A stretch of 40,617 bases of DNA from a virus (IMGVR_UViG_3300005323_000022:1-40617), one strand, 5' to 3'. Positions 9,541-17,452 are shown, counted from the first letter of the stretch. A program made the numbers and translations. Notes: generated by a model not told the origin, from the sequence alone.

Positions 9541-11339
9541 ACACCGCCCATCATTTCAGGCGGCAACCCTTCCGGCGACATCTGGCCTTGTCCCATACCC
9601 GGAATCATTCCAGCCATTTGCGGGGGTAACCCGCCCATACCAGGATTCATTCCCTGGCCTTCAGCACCTACTGCTGTCGGCATTGCTCCACCTTGTACTC
9701 CGCCCTGCTGCGCCGTCATCTGCTGCAACATTTCGGGCGGTATCTGCTGTCCACCTTGTGGCTGTCCCTGTTGCTGTTGCTGCTGCTGTGCCTGCATCTG
9801 CATCGCCTGTTGCTGCATCCGCTGCGCCAAATACTGCTGTGATAACATCTCAAACGCCAGCTCAGCCAAGATATCCTCATCCATCTGACCGGACTGTCCG
9901 ATGTTGAGGATATTTTCCCGCGCCCACGCTTTGGTCGTGATCGGGTTGTCTTTGCGCGTCAGCATCCCGGTGATATTGGCCATCTGGAGTTTATCCTGCG
10001 GGAGATCGACGTCCAGCTTCACATCAATCTGCAAAAACTCCGGCACATCTTTGGGCTTGATCCCCAGGCTCTTCGACTGCTGCCCGCTGTTGCGATACCA
10101 TAGCAATGCCTTTTCCATCACGTCTGCAATCGCTTCCGAGCATAACTTCTGCGTCTCGATCAGCGGAAGCCTGCCGGACTGTGAGAGCAGCGAGACCGTG
10201 GAGAAAGCAGCGTTACCGGAAAGCGGCTCGCCCATCGCTTGTTTGTAGATCGTGCTCTCGGTCGCTTTTTGGTCGGCAATCTGCAAAGCCTGCCCGAACG
10301 ATGGGTCGATAATACCTTTTGTCGCCATTGGCTCCAGTTTCTCACCGTATTTAAGGGTAATCTGTCCCCCGGGTGTGGATGTATCCATCGCCACATCCTG
10401 CGGGTCAGGATCGCCTGGCGCACCGGTGTGGATGAATGTCGGGTTGATGCCGATATTGAACACGTTGGTATACAGCGTGGTGTAGACCAGGTTCTGCCGC
10501 TTCCACAGCCCGGACTTCTTCAGCGTGTACAATAGCGGCTGCCGCTGCTGCTCGGGTTTTTCGAACAACATCGAGCCGCCCGTCAGAGTGACGCTCACAG
10601 GAATAAACGGAAGCTCGTGCGGCATTGCTATGATCGGCTGATCCTCGACCCACACGGCATAATTGACATCGTCATACCACATGCCAAGCTCAACCTCATC
10701 GGTGGGGGTACGCCCTGCCACGAATGCCTCAACCGCCTCGCCAAACCGCGCCGCCAACTCGTATACCCGCACATCAACCTTGCGATAGTATCCGCGCAAC
10801 CCGGCCACGTCGAACTCCGGGTAACCCTGCTTTGGGTTCCAGATATTGAACAGGTACGGCGTCATCTGCGCCAGCCGCTCAAGCCTAGCCGCGTTGCCTT
10901 TTTGTTTTTTAGCCGCCTCCAGCATATCGGCTGTTGAGGTGATCGCCACATGTACCTCGCCATACAGTAATGCGCTGCTTACCATGTCGTAGTGTGGAGG
11001 CATCCGTGACGCGCGCCCCGCCTGTATCCACAAACGCTTTGCCGCAAGCTCGATATCGTCTGAATTATCAATGCGCTTACCGCCGTCATCGGCAGGCACA
11101 GAAAAAATAGGATCGGTTGCCACCAGTAAACGCCTTGCTCCTAGCAGCGCATTGCGCGCATCCGGGCTGATCGTCTCCATCAAGCCGTCAACGGTGGGTT
11201 TGTCATCCCAGTCCATCAAATACATTTTTTCGTACGCCTCGAACACGGTATTTCTTTCGGCGTACATCTGCTCCAGGTCGTCAGCGCGCGCTTTGACCTC
11301 CGAAAAAATTGCATCATCGATTTTAGTTTTTGCCATCAA
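9537..11339 (-). CDS. Portal protein (600 aa) with Q/G/M/P-rich C-terminal tail
   Basis: Size, position after terminase, portal-like ALLYGEVHV segment, low-complexity tail typical of podovirus-type portals. Confidence 0.75.
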   Translation of the reverse strand: MMAKTKIDDAIFSEVKARADDLEQMYAERNTVFEAYEKMYLMDWDDKPTVDGLMETISPDARNALLGARRLLVATDPIFSVPADDGGKRIDNSDDIELAAKRLWIQAGRASRMPPHYDMVSSALLYGEVHVAITSTADMLEAAKKQKGNAARLERLAQMTPYLFNIWNPKQGYPEFDVAGLRGYYRKVDVRVYELAARFGEAVEAFVAGRTPTDEVELGMWYDDVNYAVWVEDQPIIAMPHELPFIPVSVTLTGGSMLFEKPEQQRQPLLYTLKKSGLWKRQNLVYTTLYTNVFNIGINPTFIHTGAPGDPDPQDVAMDTSTPGGQITLKYGEKLEPMATKGIIDPSFGQALQIADQKATESTIYKQAMGEPLSGNAAFSTVSLLSQSGRLPLIETQKLCSEAIADVMEKALLWYRNSGQQSKSLGIKPKDVPEFLQIDVKLDVDLPQDKLQMANITGMLTRKDNPITTKAWARENILNIGQSGQMDEDILAELAFEMLSQQYLAQRMQQQAMQMQAQQQQQQQGQPQGGQQIPPEMLQQMTAQQGGVQGGAMPTAVGAEGQGMNPGMGGLPPQMAGMIPGMGQGQMSPEGLPPEMMGGV

Positions 11340-11362
11340 TAATCGCCTCCATAAGGCGAGGG

Positions 11363-11428
11363 TTAACGCAGGTCAGGTACAATCTTGACCTCATACTCGA
11401 TCCCACCGATACGTATCTTGTCTATCAC
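11363..11428 (-). pseudogene. 21-codon remnant resembling the N-terminus of small phage HExxH metallopeptidase-like proteins
   Basis: GAGGAGG RBS, GTG start, IDKIRIGGIEYEVKIVPDLR then stop. Confidence 0.4.
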
Positions 11429-11438
11429 CAACGCCTCC

Positions 11439-12089
11439 TCATACCACGCCGGCACGCGCCAGGCGCACCATCGGGTGTTCTGTTTTTGTTGCTTTCTTGG
11501 GGGGCTCGCGATGGCGTTCGCCGAAGTACACCGCCAATGCAACCGATAGCACCAGGTCGTCATGATCGCCATCCCGCCATGCTTCGTATGTATCGTTAGC
11601 CGCCTTAGTGATTTTTAGCTTGAAGTTTTGGAACTCGCGTTTGATTGTCTCGCTCTCTGGCAACTTCGCGAACCGTAGCCTACCATGCCCAAGTACTACC
11701 TGAACCGTACTCACGAGTAATCGTTTTGGGATATACCAAAATCCGGTATCTGCATCAAACTTCTCGACCAACCCCCCTGTAATGACTACGGGGATTATGT
11801 GAACCTTCGAACCGCGCAGTAGGTCTACTACTGGCCGGCCTACACCAGTAGCATCCACCACCAGGCGGCAGTCTCGCAATTGCGGTGTCTCTACCGTTTT
11901 GATTACGCGATTTGCCATGTCTGGATAACTCATTCCGAGTGGGTATCGCTCGACATGCCTGATACGGTGAATTAGGTCGTACGCCAACTCACCGGACGTG
12001 TCAAATCCGGTCTGCTCCATCGTCAGGTCATCCGCCGCGAGTGCGGTATAGTCTGCCGCCTGACCAATGTCCAGCCCCAGGTAGATCAT
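11439..12089 (-). CDS. terL: Terminase large subunit, nuclease domain (separate gene)
   Basis: RNase H-like motifs LGLDIGQAADYTAL, VVDATGVG, HDDLVLSVALA. Confidence 0.85.
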   Translation of the reverse strand: MIYLGLDIGQAADYTALAADDLTMEQTGFDTSGELAYDLIHRIRHVERYPLGMSYPDMANRVIKTVETPQLRDCRLVVDATGVGRPVVDLLRGSKVHIIPVVITGGLVEKFDADTGFWYIPKRLLVSTVQVVLGHGRLRFAKLPESETIKREFQNFKLKITKAANDTYEAWRDGDHDDLVLSVALAVYFGERHREPPKKATKTEHPMVRLARAGVV

Positions 12090-12931
12090 AGTCTTAAAGG
12101 CTCCACGTCCTCATCCTGCTCAGATGGGACAAACAGTTTATCGATCTCATGCCCAAACGCCCTGTCGAGGTCGTCCGTGCTAAACACGTTGTCAATTGGA
12201 TCCACAAACTTGCACATGTACTCTTGCGAAAACCACAGTTCCCCCAGGCTGCGCCGCTCTTCCGCGAGAAACTCCGGTGCGATACGGTCTATCCGCATAG
12301 CCGGCACTTCAATACGCTGCCAGACATCTCCGCCATTTTCCCATTCTTCATAAAAGTGTCCCCTTTTGCCAAACGGTGTGCTCATCAGGATCATAGCTCC
12401 GCCGCTCACCGCCAGCATAGGCCGGATGGAGTAGTACAGCACGTCATCTACCCGGCTCGCCTCGTCCTCGATGATGAGATCGACCGATGAGTAACCGCGT
12501 ATCGTGCTCTCGCTGGATGGCAGGCTGATGATCCTCGCGCCATTAGCCAGTTGGCACGACAACTGGTTGTCCTCGGTGAGCTTTGGCCGCACCGGGAGCA
12601 GCGTCAACCACTCGCGCACCTTACGAAACAACTCCCCCGACTGTCGCAGTGATGGGGAAATCAGCAACGTCAGCCCCGGCTTGTATATCGCGCGGTACAC
12701 GGCCAACAACGAGGATACCGTTGACTTACCCGCTTGCCGTGAGCAGTTGAGCAGCATCCGGCGGCCGCCTTTGCGCAAAACTGACGCCTGCCACGCATCA
12801 GCCGCAAACCCAAGACCCGCCGCCCATGTCACTGGGTCAGGCGGTTGGAGCAGCCCGCGCCGGATACCCTCGTCACGCAGTGCTATCGCTCGCGCTCTCT
12901 GTGCCGCTGTCAAGCATCGCTCTAAGCTCAC
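12086..12931 (-). CDS. terL: Terminase large subunit, ATPase domain (separate gene)
   Basis: Walker A SRQAGKST, Walker B LIIEDEA, coupling motif STP, and FSQEYMCKF. Confidence 0.9.
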   Translation of the reverse strand: MSLERCLTAAQRARAIALRDEGIRRGLLQPPDPVTWAAGLGFAADAWQASVLRKGGRRMLLNCSRQAGKSTVSSLLAVYRAIYKPGLTLLISPSLRQSGELFRKVREWLTLLPVRPKLTEDNQLSCQLANGARIISLPSSESTIRGYSSVDLIIEDEASRVDDVLYYSIRPMLAVSGGAMILMSTPFGKRGHFYEEWENGGDVWQRIEVPAMRIDRIAPEFLAEERRSLGELWFSQEYMCKFVDPIDNVFSTDDLDRAFGHEIDKLFVPSEQDEDVEPLRL

Positions 12932-13388
12932 TCAGTAGCTCCTCGTCTGATATCGTCTGCACCTGCACTGGCTGACCGTCACGCCCGGTTAGCTCCGACC
13001 GCTGAACCGCTTTACCAAGCTCGCCCTCAATCAATTCCGTGGACGCTGCCTGCCTAATCCTTTCGTCTTTACTTTCCAGTCCGGCTATCTTAACCGCCAT
13101 CGCTTTGGGTAGCGTCTTGCGCCGCATCGTGAGCGCGAGTACCGCGCCATCATACGCGGCCAGTTCCAACGCCCGGTCAAGCTGCTTCTTTTCAGGCCAG
13201 CGCACCGGCGTCTTTTCGTCCATGCCGATCATCCGCGCCGCCTCTGCATCTGACTTCGCGTCCAGCCGTGCCACCAAAAAACGGAGCTGGTTTGTGGTCA
13301 AACCGTTGAGAATGTCCTGGTACTCAGTGTCCAGTTTTGGGTCAGAAAGGTGCAAGTTTGGTGCGTTTCGGTTCAAAATTGTCCTCAT
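12873..13388 (-). CDS. Putative terminase small subunit (start uncertain)
   Basis: HTH-like SDAEAARMIG, C-terminal ELTGRDGQPVQ motif, lies upstream of terL. Confidence 0.65.
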   Translation of the reverse strand: MRTILNRNAPNLHLSDPKLDTEYQDILNGLTTNQLRFLVARLDAKSDAEAARMIGMDEKTPVRWPEKKQLDRALELAAYDGAVLALTMRRKTLPKAMAVKIAGLESKDERIRQAASTELIEGELGKAVQRSELTGRDGQPVQVQTISDEELLSELRAMLDSGTESASDSTA

Positions 13389-13551
13389 TTGGTGTCGCCG
13401 TGAATACCAGCGGTATCCCATCGCGTTTGCACTCCGCCAGCATCGCCATCTGCGGGATCGCCGTCTCAGGCAGGTCGAGCGTTAGCCTGATCCCGCCATC
13501 GACCAAAGTTTGTAGTTTGTAAACCGCCGCCTGAAACTTAATCTCTGCCAC
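13342..13551 (-). CDS. Hypothetical protein (69 aa), first gene of the late operon
   Basis: GGGAGG/GAGG RBS with GTG start after the leader terminator. Confidence 0.6.
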   Translation of the reverse strand: MAEIKFQAAVYKLQTLVDGGIRLTLDLPETAIPQMAMLAECKRDGIPLVFTATPNEDNFEPKRTKLAPF

Positions 13552-13577
13552 GCCTCAGATCCTCCCACTGGCCAAAC

Positions 13578-13608
13578 AAAAAAACGGGCCAGCAATTCGC
13601 TGACCCGT
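13578..13608 (-). terminator. Intrinsic terminator/attenuator in the late leader
   Basis: ACGGGTCAGC-GAATT-GCTGGCCCGT followed by a U-run on the minus strand. Confidence 0.8.
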
Positions 13609-13686
13609 CGGTTACCTGTCGGTCAAAAATTTTATCCGAAGAGAAAAAACTGTTACATCGTGGCCCGGTTTTTACCTGTCGGCCAC
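13601..13686 (-). promoter_or_regulatory. Twin leader hairpins (putative antiterminator elements)
   Basis: CCGACAGGTAA repeated 60 nt apart inside stems TGGCC/GGCCA and TGACC/GGTCA; the second overlaps the terminator 5' arm. Confidence 0.6.
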
Positions 13687-13692
13687 AAGATC

Positions 13693-13720
13693 ATTATACA
13701 CGATCTTAGATCATTTTCAA
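13693..13720 (-). promoter_or_regulatory. Leftward sigma70-type late promoter
   Basis: TTGAAA-16 nt-TATAAT on the minus strand. Confidence 0.65.
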
Positions 13721-13758
13721 CCGATAGAACACAATAGAACATAAGATTAGAGTTTTAT

Positions 13759-13805
13759 TATAAGCAAAATTGCCTATTGACAATATAAGCAAAATTGCGT
13801 ATTAT
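13759..13805 (+). promoter_or_regulatory. Rightward promoter with tandem operator-like repeats
   Basis: TTGACA(13777)-17 nt-TATTAT; TATAAGCAAAATTGC at 13759 and 13784. Confidence 0.75.
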
Positions 13806-13849
13806 ATACATAACGAACAAAAAATCAGTCACAAAAAAAGAGAGAGGAA

Positions 13850-14134
13850 ATGAACACAATTTTTGTTTTGAAAAACGGAACCGTTGAGACCACCGACAGC
13901 GTGGAGTATTGGAACCAGGTCCGCCAAGACGCGCAGGACTACCAGAATGAACTGACCGCCAACGGCGAGTTCGACCGGGAAGCCGCCGAGAGCTACATCA
14001 ACGGCCAGTGGCGGCAGGAAGCCACCGCCTTCAACTACAAAACCGGCGAGTCCGAACAGGCCAACATCCCGGATGATCTCTGGACCGGGTACGTCAACGA
14101 CCTGCTCAACCAGATCGAGAAAAATCTGCAATAA
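13850..14134 (+). CDS. Small acidic hypothetical protein (94 aa)
   Basis: GAGAGG RBS; about 17 D/E versus 6 K/R. Confidence 0.8.
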   Translation: MNTIFVLKNGTVETTDSVEYWNQVRQDAQDYQNELTANGEFDREAAESYINGQWRQEATAFNYKTGESEQANIPDDLWTGYVNDLLNQIEKNLQ

Positions 14135-14159
14135 ATATCCCGCCGGGCTAACCACCCGG

Positions 14160-14209
14160 CCTGGTCTCCCGGTGCGAGTCCGGGACCGATGAGCAGAAGC
14201 GAAACCAGG
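14160..14209 (+). ncRNA. Type III hammerhead ribozyme-like RNA with variant core
   Basis: CCUGGU-C^-UCCCGG[UGCGAGU]CCGGGA-CCGAUGA-GC[AGAA]GC-GAA-ACCAGG; all three stems pair; core is CCGAUGA instead of CUGAUGA. Confidence 0.7.
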
Positions 14210-14225
14210 AGGAGGAACACAAAAA

Positions 14226-14474
14226 ATGTCACGCAACAAAAATGAAAATTTTACTCAGTTTTTACACGAGTTTACCGACGCCAACGGCGTCACCCGCTGG
14301 GCAGTCGCCCGCTGGAACCCGGACTCCGGACAGTACACCTGCCCGATGGATGCCCGCGAACGCGCGATCACCGGATGCTCGGCTTTCTTCGCCAAGACGC
14401 CTGCCGGGATCGGCGGATACACTGATCGACGAAAGGCACTTCGCCGCGCCCGCTACCTGTTCGGTGAGCGATAA
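14226..14474 (+). CDS. Hypothetical protein (82 aa)
   Basis: GGAGGAGG RBS overlapping the ribozyme 3' end. Confidence 0.8.
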   Translation: MSRNKNENFTQFLHEFTDANGVTRWAVARWNPDSGQYTCPMDARERAITGCSAFFAKTPAGIGGYTDRRKALRRARYLFGER

Positions 14475-14476
14475 CC

Positions 14477-15034
14477 ATGTATAAAGTCAACGTCAAAATC
14501 GTCGGGGTATCCCCACTGCTCATGAATCGATTTTCAGAAACGCCTCGCATGCGTAGGAAAGCTGGAGAAATTCCACATGATTGGCGTGAAACGGCTTATT
14601 TCATGCCAGGGTCGACAACCGAGCTTGCACAACCCGGTATTCATATCGAAGCAGCAATGGCAAAAGCCGCTTCGCAGTTCAGGGTAGCAGGTCGAGGCCG
14701 CAGCACATACCGGGATATGGTACGAGCTTTCGTTCTAGTGGAACCTGACATGATCCCACACCACATCAGCCTGCCAGAAAAAGGAGGCCTCACCACGGAC
14801 TCCACGCACCCTGTTTACCTCGATATGCGTCCTGTCGTCATCCAGCGTGCCAGGATCATGAAAACCAGAGTCGCATTGTCTACTGGCTGGAGCCTGGTTT
14901 TCACCATCAATGTCTTGGATGACCAGATACCCGCAGAAATTTTACATGATATTCTACTTACAGCTGGAAACGCTTTTGGCATCGGCGATTTCCGCCCGCG
15001 TTTTGGACGCTTTTCCGTGGAAGAATTCAAGTGA
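14477..15034 (+). CDS. Stand-alone Cas7/RAMP-like protein (185 aa)
   Basis: N-terminal strand VKIVGVSPLLM, GWSLVFTI strand and C-terminal glycine loop AGNAFGIGDFRPRFGRF; no other cas genes in the genome. Confidence 0.7.
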   Translation: MYKVNVKIVGVSPLLMNRFSETPRMRRKAGEIPHDWRETAYFMPGSTTELAQPGIHIEAAMAKAASQFRVAGRGRSTYRDMVRAFVLVEPDMIPHHISLPEKGGLTTDSTHPVYLDMRPVVIQRARIMKTRVALSTGWSLVFTINVLDDQIPAEILHDILLTAGNAFGIGDFRPRFGRFSVEEFK

Positions 15035-15037
15035 TTT

Positions 15038-15055
15038 ATGATAAAATTTTATCAT
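15038..15055. repeat. Perfect 18-bp palindrome preceding the pentamer array
   Basis: ATGATAAAATTTTATCAT. Confidence 0.85.
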
Positions 15056-15056
15056 T

Positions 15057-15106
15057 GGTAAGGTGCGGCACGGCATGGTCTGGTTAGGCAAGCTGTGGTA
15101 AGGCCT
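15057..15106 (+). ncRNA. GGY-NN pentamer array (putative guide RNA)
   Basis: GGT-AA GGT-GC GGC-AC GGC-AT GGT-CT GGT-TA GGC-AA GCT-GT GGT-AA GGC-CT: 9 of 10 units begin with GGY. Confidence 0.75.
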
Positions 15107-15107
15107 A

Positions 15108-15129
15108 AAAGCCCCCATCCGGGGGCTTT
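15108..15129. terminator. Hairpin terminator between the convergent RAMP operon and integrase
   Basis: AAAGCCCCC-ATCC-GGGGGCTTT. Confidence 0.75.
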
Positions 15130-16012
15130 ATAATTTCCAGTTATCCACCGGCGAGGCGCGGCGGTGGGCATCCATGATATCGATCTGCGCCAGCTCGATA
15201 TATCGGTTGACCATCTCCATTGTCTCATGGCCGAGGATTTTTTTGAGTGTGAACGGGTCGCCGCCATTGCGAAGATACTCGATTGCAAAGGTGTGCCGGA
15301 ACACATGCGGCGTGTAAGCCGGGACACCGGCCCGCCTGCACAACCTGGCGATCATCTTTGCCACAGAAAACCGGTCCGTCGGATTGCCCGCCGAATTGGT
15401 CAAGAGCCGCGCTTTTGGTACATCGAGTTTGTTGTAACGAAGGATCGCCTGCGCCGTTTTGGGCGAGAATGGGACGATCCGCTCCTTTGCCCCCTTCCCG
15501 AAGATATGAATCGCCTGCTCCCGAATGTCAACATCCTTGCAGCATATCTCGCACAACTCTGTCACGCGCATCCCGGTATCCAACAGCAGCAGGATGATCA
15601 GGTAGTTTTTTTGCGCGCCAGGTAGGCTGCGCTGCATGCTGCCGCGCGCTGACCGGCGATAGATCGCGCTTTTGTTTATCGCAGCCAGCATCAGCCGCAC
15701 ATGCGCAAACGGTATGGGCTGGATCACGCGCTTCTCCGGGCGCGGGCGCGGTATCTCCGGCATGGGATTATGATCGACCAGCCCCTCCCCCACCGCCCAG
15801 CGGAACATGGCGCACAGCCCGGTATGGTAATTGAGCCGCGTCTTGTTACCCACCTGGAGACCGGCCAGAAACTCCCGGATATCGGTTTTTGTGACGGCTC
15901 GCAAATCTCGCGCTCCAAAGCGCTTCAGCGTGACGGAATAATCGGAAATCGTATGAGACGACAGGCCGCGCGCCCTGCAGGCCAGTAAAAAAGAATCAAT
16001 CCATGTGTACAT
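15128..16012 (-). CDS. int: Tyrosine integrase (XerC/D-like)
   Basis: TGMRVTEL, GKGAKER, HVFRH, LGH and catalytic Y; AGGAG RBS. Confidence 0.95.
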   Translation of the reverse strand: MYTWIDSFLLACRARGLSSHTISDYSVTLKRFGARDLRAVTKTDIREFLAGLQVGNKTRLNYHTGLCAMFRWAVGEGLVDHNPMPEIPRPRPEKRVIQPIPFAHVRLMLAAINKSAIYRRSARGSMQRSLPGAQKNYLIILLLLDTGMRVTELCEICCKDVDIREQAIHIFGKGAKERIVPFSPKTAQAILRYNKLDVPKARLLTNSAGNPTDRFSVAKMIARLCRRAGVPAYTPHVFRHTFAIEYLRNGGDPFTLKKILGHETMEMVNRYIELAQIDIMDAHRRASPVDNWKL

Positions 16013-16085
16013 TGATAGCTCCTGTTTCGGATTTTTGCTATCAATGACATCACGGATTGACCGCTATCGATACCGTGTGTGTTTT

Positions 16086-16134
16086 GTGGGCGCGAGAGGG
16101 CTCGAACCTCCGAACCTCACGGATGTGAACCGTG
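16086..16134 (-). mobile_element. attP core: 3' half of tRNA-Val(CAC)
   Basis: Minus strand CACGG-TTCACAT-CCGTG anticodon arm, GGAGG-TTCGAGC-CCTCT T arm, CGCGCCC-A acceptor strand; 5' half absent; next to integrase. Confidence 0.85.
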
Positions 16135-16213
16135 CCTTGAAAAACGGTCATTGGGACACACACTTGTGGTCGATTTCGTTATCCGTGTTGTACATGATAG
16201 GCCTTTCCGTGTG

Positions 16214-16567
16214 TCAGTTAAGCGCCTTCCTCCATCCCGCGGCCTTCGCCTCTGCCTCGGTACAAAACCAGCGCTCGCCGTATTCAGGCGAGATTTTGGT
16301 CTGCGAGTAGTACGACTGCCCGGGCACGTGGTAAATTTTCTCTCCGCCGTCAACACTGATATTCCCTTTGATATCACAGCCCAGCTCGTGGGTCTTGCAG
16401 CCGTCCGGGCAATTGTCGGCACTGAAATCAACCGGGATGGTATTGATCCTCTCCGGCGCGCGGGTCGGTATCCTGGTGGCCAGCGGTCTGACTGTCGGCG
16501 TTGACGTTGTTTCCCCGCAGCTCATCAGGACCAGGGACACTACAAATACAACGATTAACTTTCTCAT
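16214..16567 (-). CDS. Lipoprotein with IKGN..YHVP..ERWFC.E.EA..AGWR ('sunset'/nuclease-associated) domain
   Basis: Signal peptide ending LMSC and the conserved C-terminal motif. Confidence 0.75.
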   Translation of the reverse strand: MRKLIVVFVVSLVLMSCGETTSTPTVRPLATRIPTRAPERINTIPVDFSADNCPDGCKTHELGCDIKGNISVDGGEKIYHVPGQSYYSQTKISPEYGERWFCTEAEAKAAGWRKALN

Positions 16568-16983
16568 GTTCCACCCCTCATGTTAACTTCGTTTATCCTT
16601 TTTGATGCCGCAATCAGCAATCCTATCAAAGCTATCATCCCGGCCCCGGTAATACTCAGCGCCGCGTATATCAAAGTAGCCCACCATTTTTGACCAAGAA
16701 CCCTTGAGAACCACAAATTCAACCCGGTCGCGCAGATTCTCGCGACAATCTTTGTGCCCGACAGCGCAACATTAAGTGATTGCTCTAAAACTGGGTATGC
16801 CGGATCAATCACGGCCGTAGATGTAAAATAAAACGCCAGTCCCCAAAAGAATAGCAGCATAACAACGTAGATTATTATGAATTTTTTTCTTGCTTTTCTT
16901 ATCCTGTCAAGCTGGTTTCCACAGTATCGGCAAATAATTGCATCATCCTGGATCTCTTCGGAACAAAACGGACACCTTTTCAA
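16564..16983 (-). CDS. Zinc-ribbon membrane protein
   Basis: [18 protein letters not shown] followed by several hydrophobic segments. Confidence 0.8.
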   Translation of the reverse strand: MKRCPFCSEEIQDDAIICRYCGNQLDRIRKARKKFIIIYVVMLLFFWGLAFYFTSTAVIDPAYPVLEQSLNVALSGTKIVARICATGLNLWFSRVLGQKWWATLIYAALSITGAGMIALIGLLIAASKRINEVNMRGGT

Positions 16984-16993
16984 TCAGCCTCCA

Positions 16994-17287
16994 TCAATCA
17001 GGCAAACTTTTCCCAACAGCAAATAGAACTATTAGCATTGCAACTTGAGCCGCCAACAATATCAAGAACCATGTTATCGAGAACCTGAGAATGGCCGCCT
17101 CTCCAAATAAACCAATAATTATTCCGACCACCGAAATCCCCAATAATATTCCGACTACCCACCGCGCCGCCGCAACTATCATCACAATTGAAAGTAATAT
17201 CGTGCTTGGTTCCTGGCTCTTCCTACAGTGCGGACAAATCCTGGCCTCATCCTGGATTTCCTCAGCGCAATAGGGACACTTTTTCAT
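16994..17287 (-). CDS. Zinc-ribbon membrane protein
   Basis: CPYCAEEIQDEARICPHC followed by hydrophobic segments; GGAGG RBS. Confidence 0.8.
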   Translation of the reverse strand: MKKCPYCAEEIQDEARICPHCRKSQEPSTILLSIVMIVAAARWVVGILLGISVVGIIIGLFGEAAILRFSITWFLILLAAQVAMLIVLFAVGKSLPD

Positions 17288-17298
17288 GGGACCCCTCC

Positions 17299-17336
17299 AA
17301 TTGCCTATTGAATTAATAGAACATAAATACTATAAT
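17299..17336 (+). promoter_or_regulatory. Rightward promoter facing the repressor gene
   Basis: TTGAAT(17308)-17 nt-TATAAT(17331), preceded by the shared AATTGCCTA element. Confidence 0.7.
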
Positions 17337-17368
17337 AAATTACACTGTTCACCGATAAAGGGGATACG

Positions 17369-17452
17369 ATGATTTTCAACGATAAAAAGCTAAAAGGTTT
17401 TTCCATTTGTATTTTCGGTGTCAAGATTGAATTTCTGATCTGGCTTAAGTAA
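17369..17452 (+). CDS. 27-aa peptide MIFNDKKLKGFSICIFGVKIEFLIWLK
   Basis: AAGGGG RBS, own promoter, stop abuts the repressor stop. Confidence 0.5.
   Translation: MIFNDKKLKGFSICIFGVKIEFLIWLK

Noticed and set aside
1879-13485. Plus-strand ORFs opposite the late genes (e.g. 5758-6897)
   Set aside because: Antisense shadows of long minus-strand genes with no RBS or motifs
13650-13670. Self-target of the pentamer array
   Set aside because: Only three consecutive dinucleotides fit the gapped pattern, which is chance level; my scan covered mainly regulatory regions and was not exhaustive
13724-13750. SOS boxes at the divergent promoters (TAGAAC twice)
   Set aside because: Only left half-sites are present; too weak to call
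15057-15106. Canonical CRISPR array or simple microsatellite
   Set aside because: No 25-45-nt repeats with spacers; positions 4-5 of each unit vary freely, unlike slippage repeats
16086-16160. Functional phage tRNA gene
   Set aside because: D arm and 5' acceptor strand are missing
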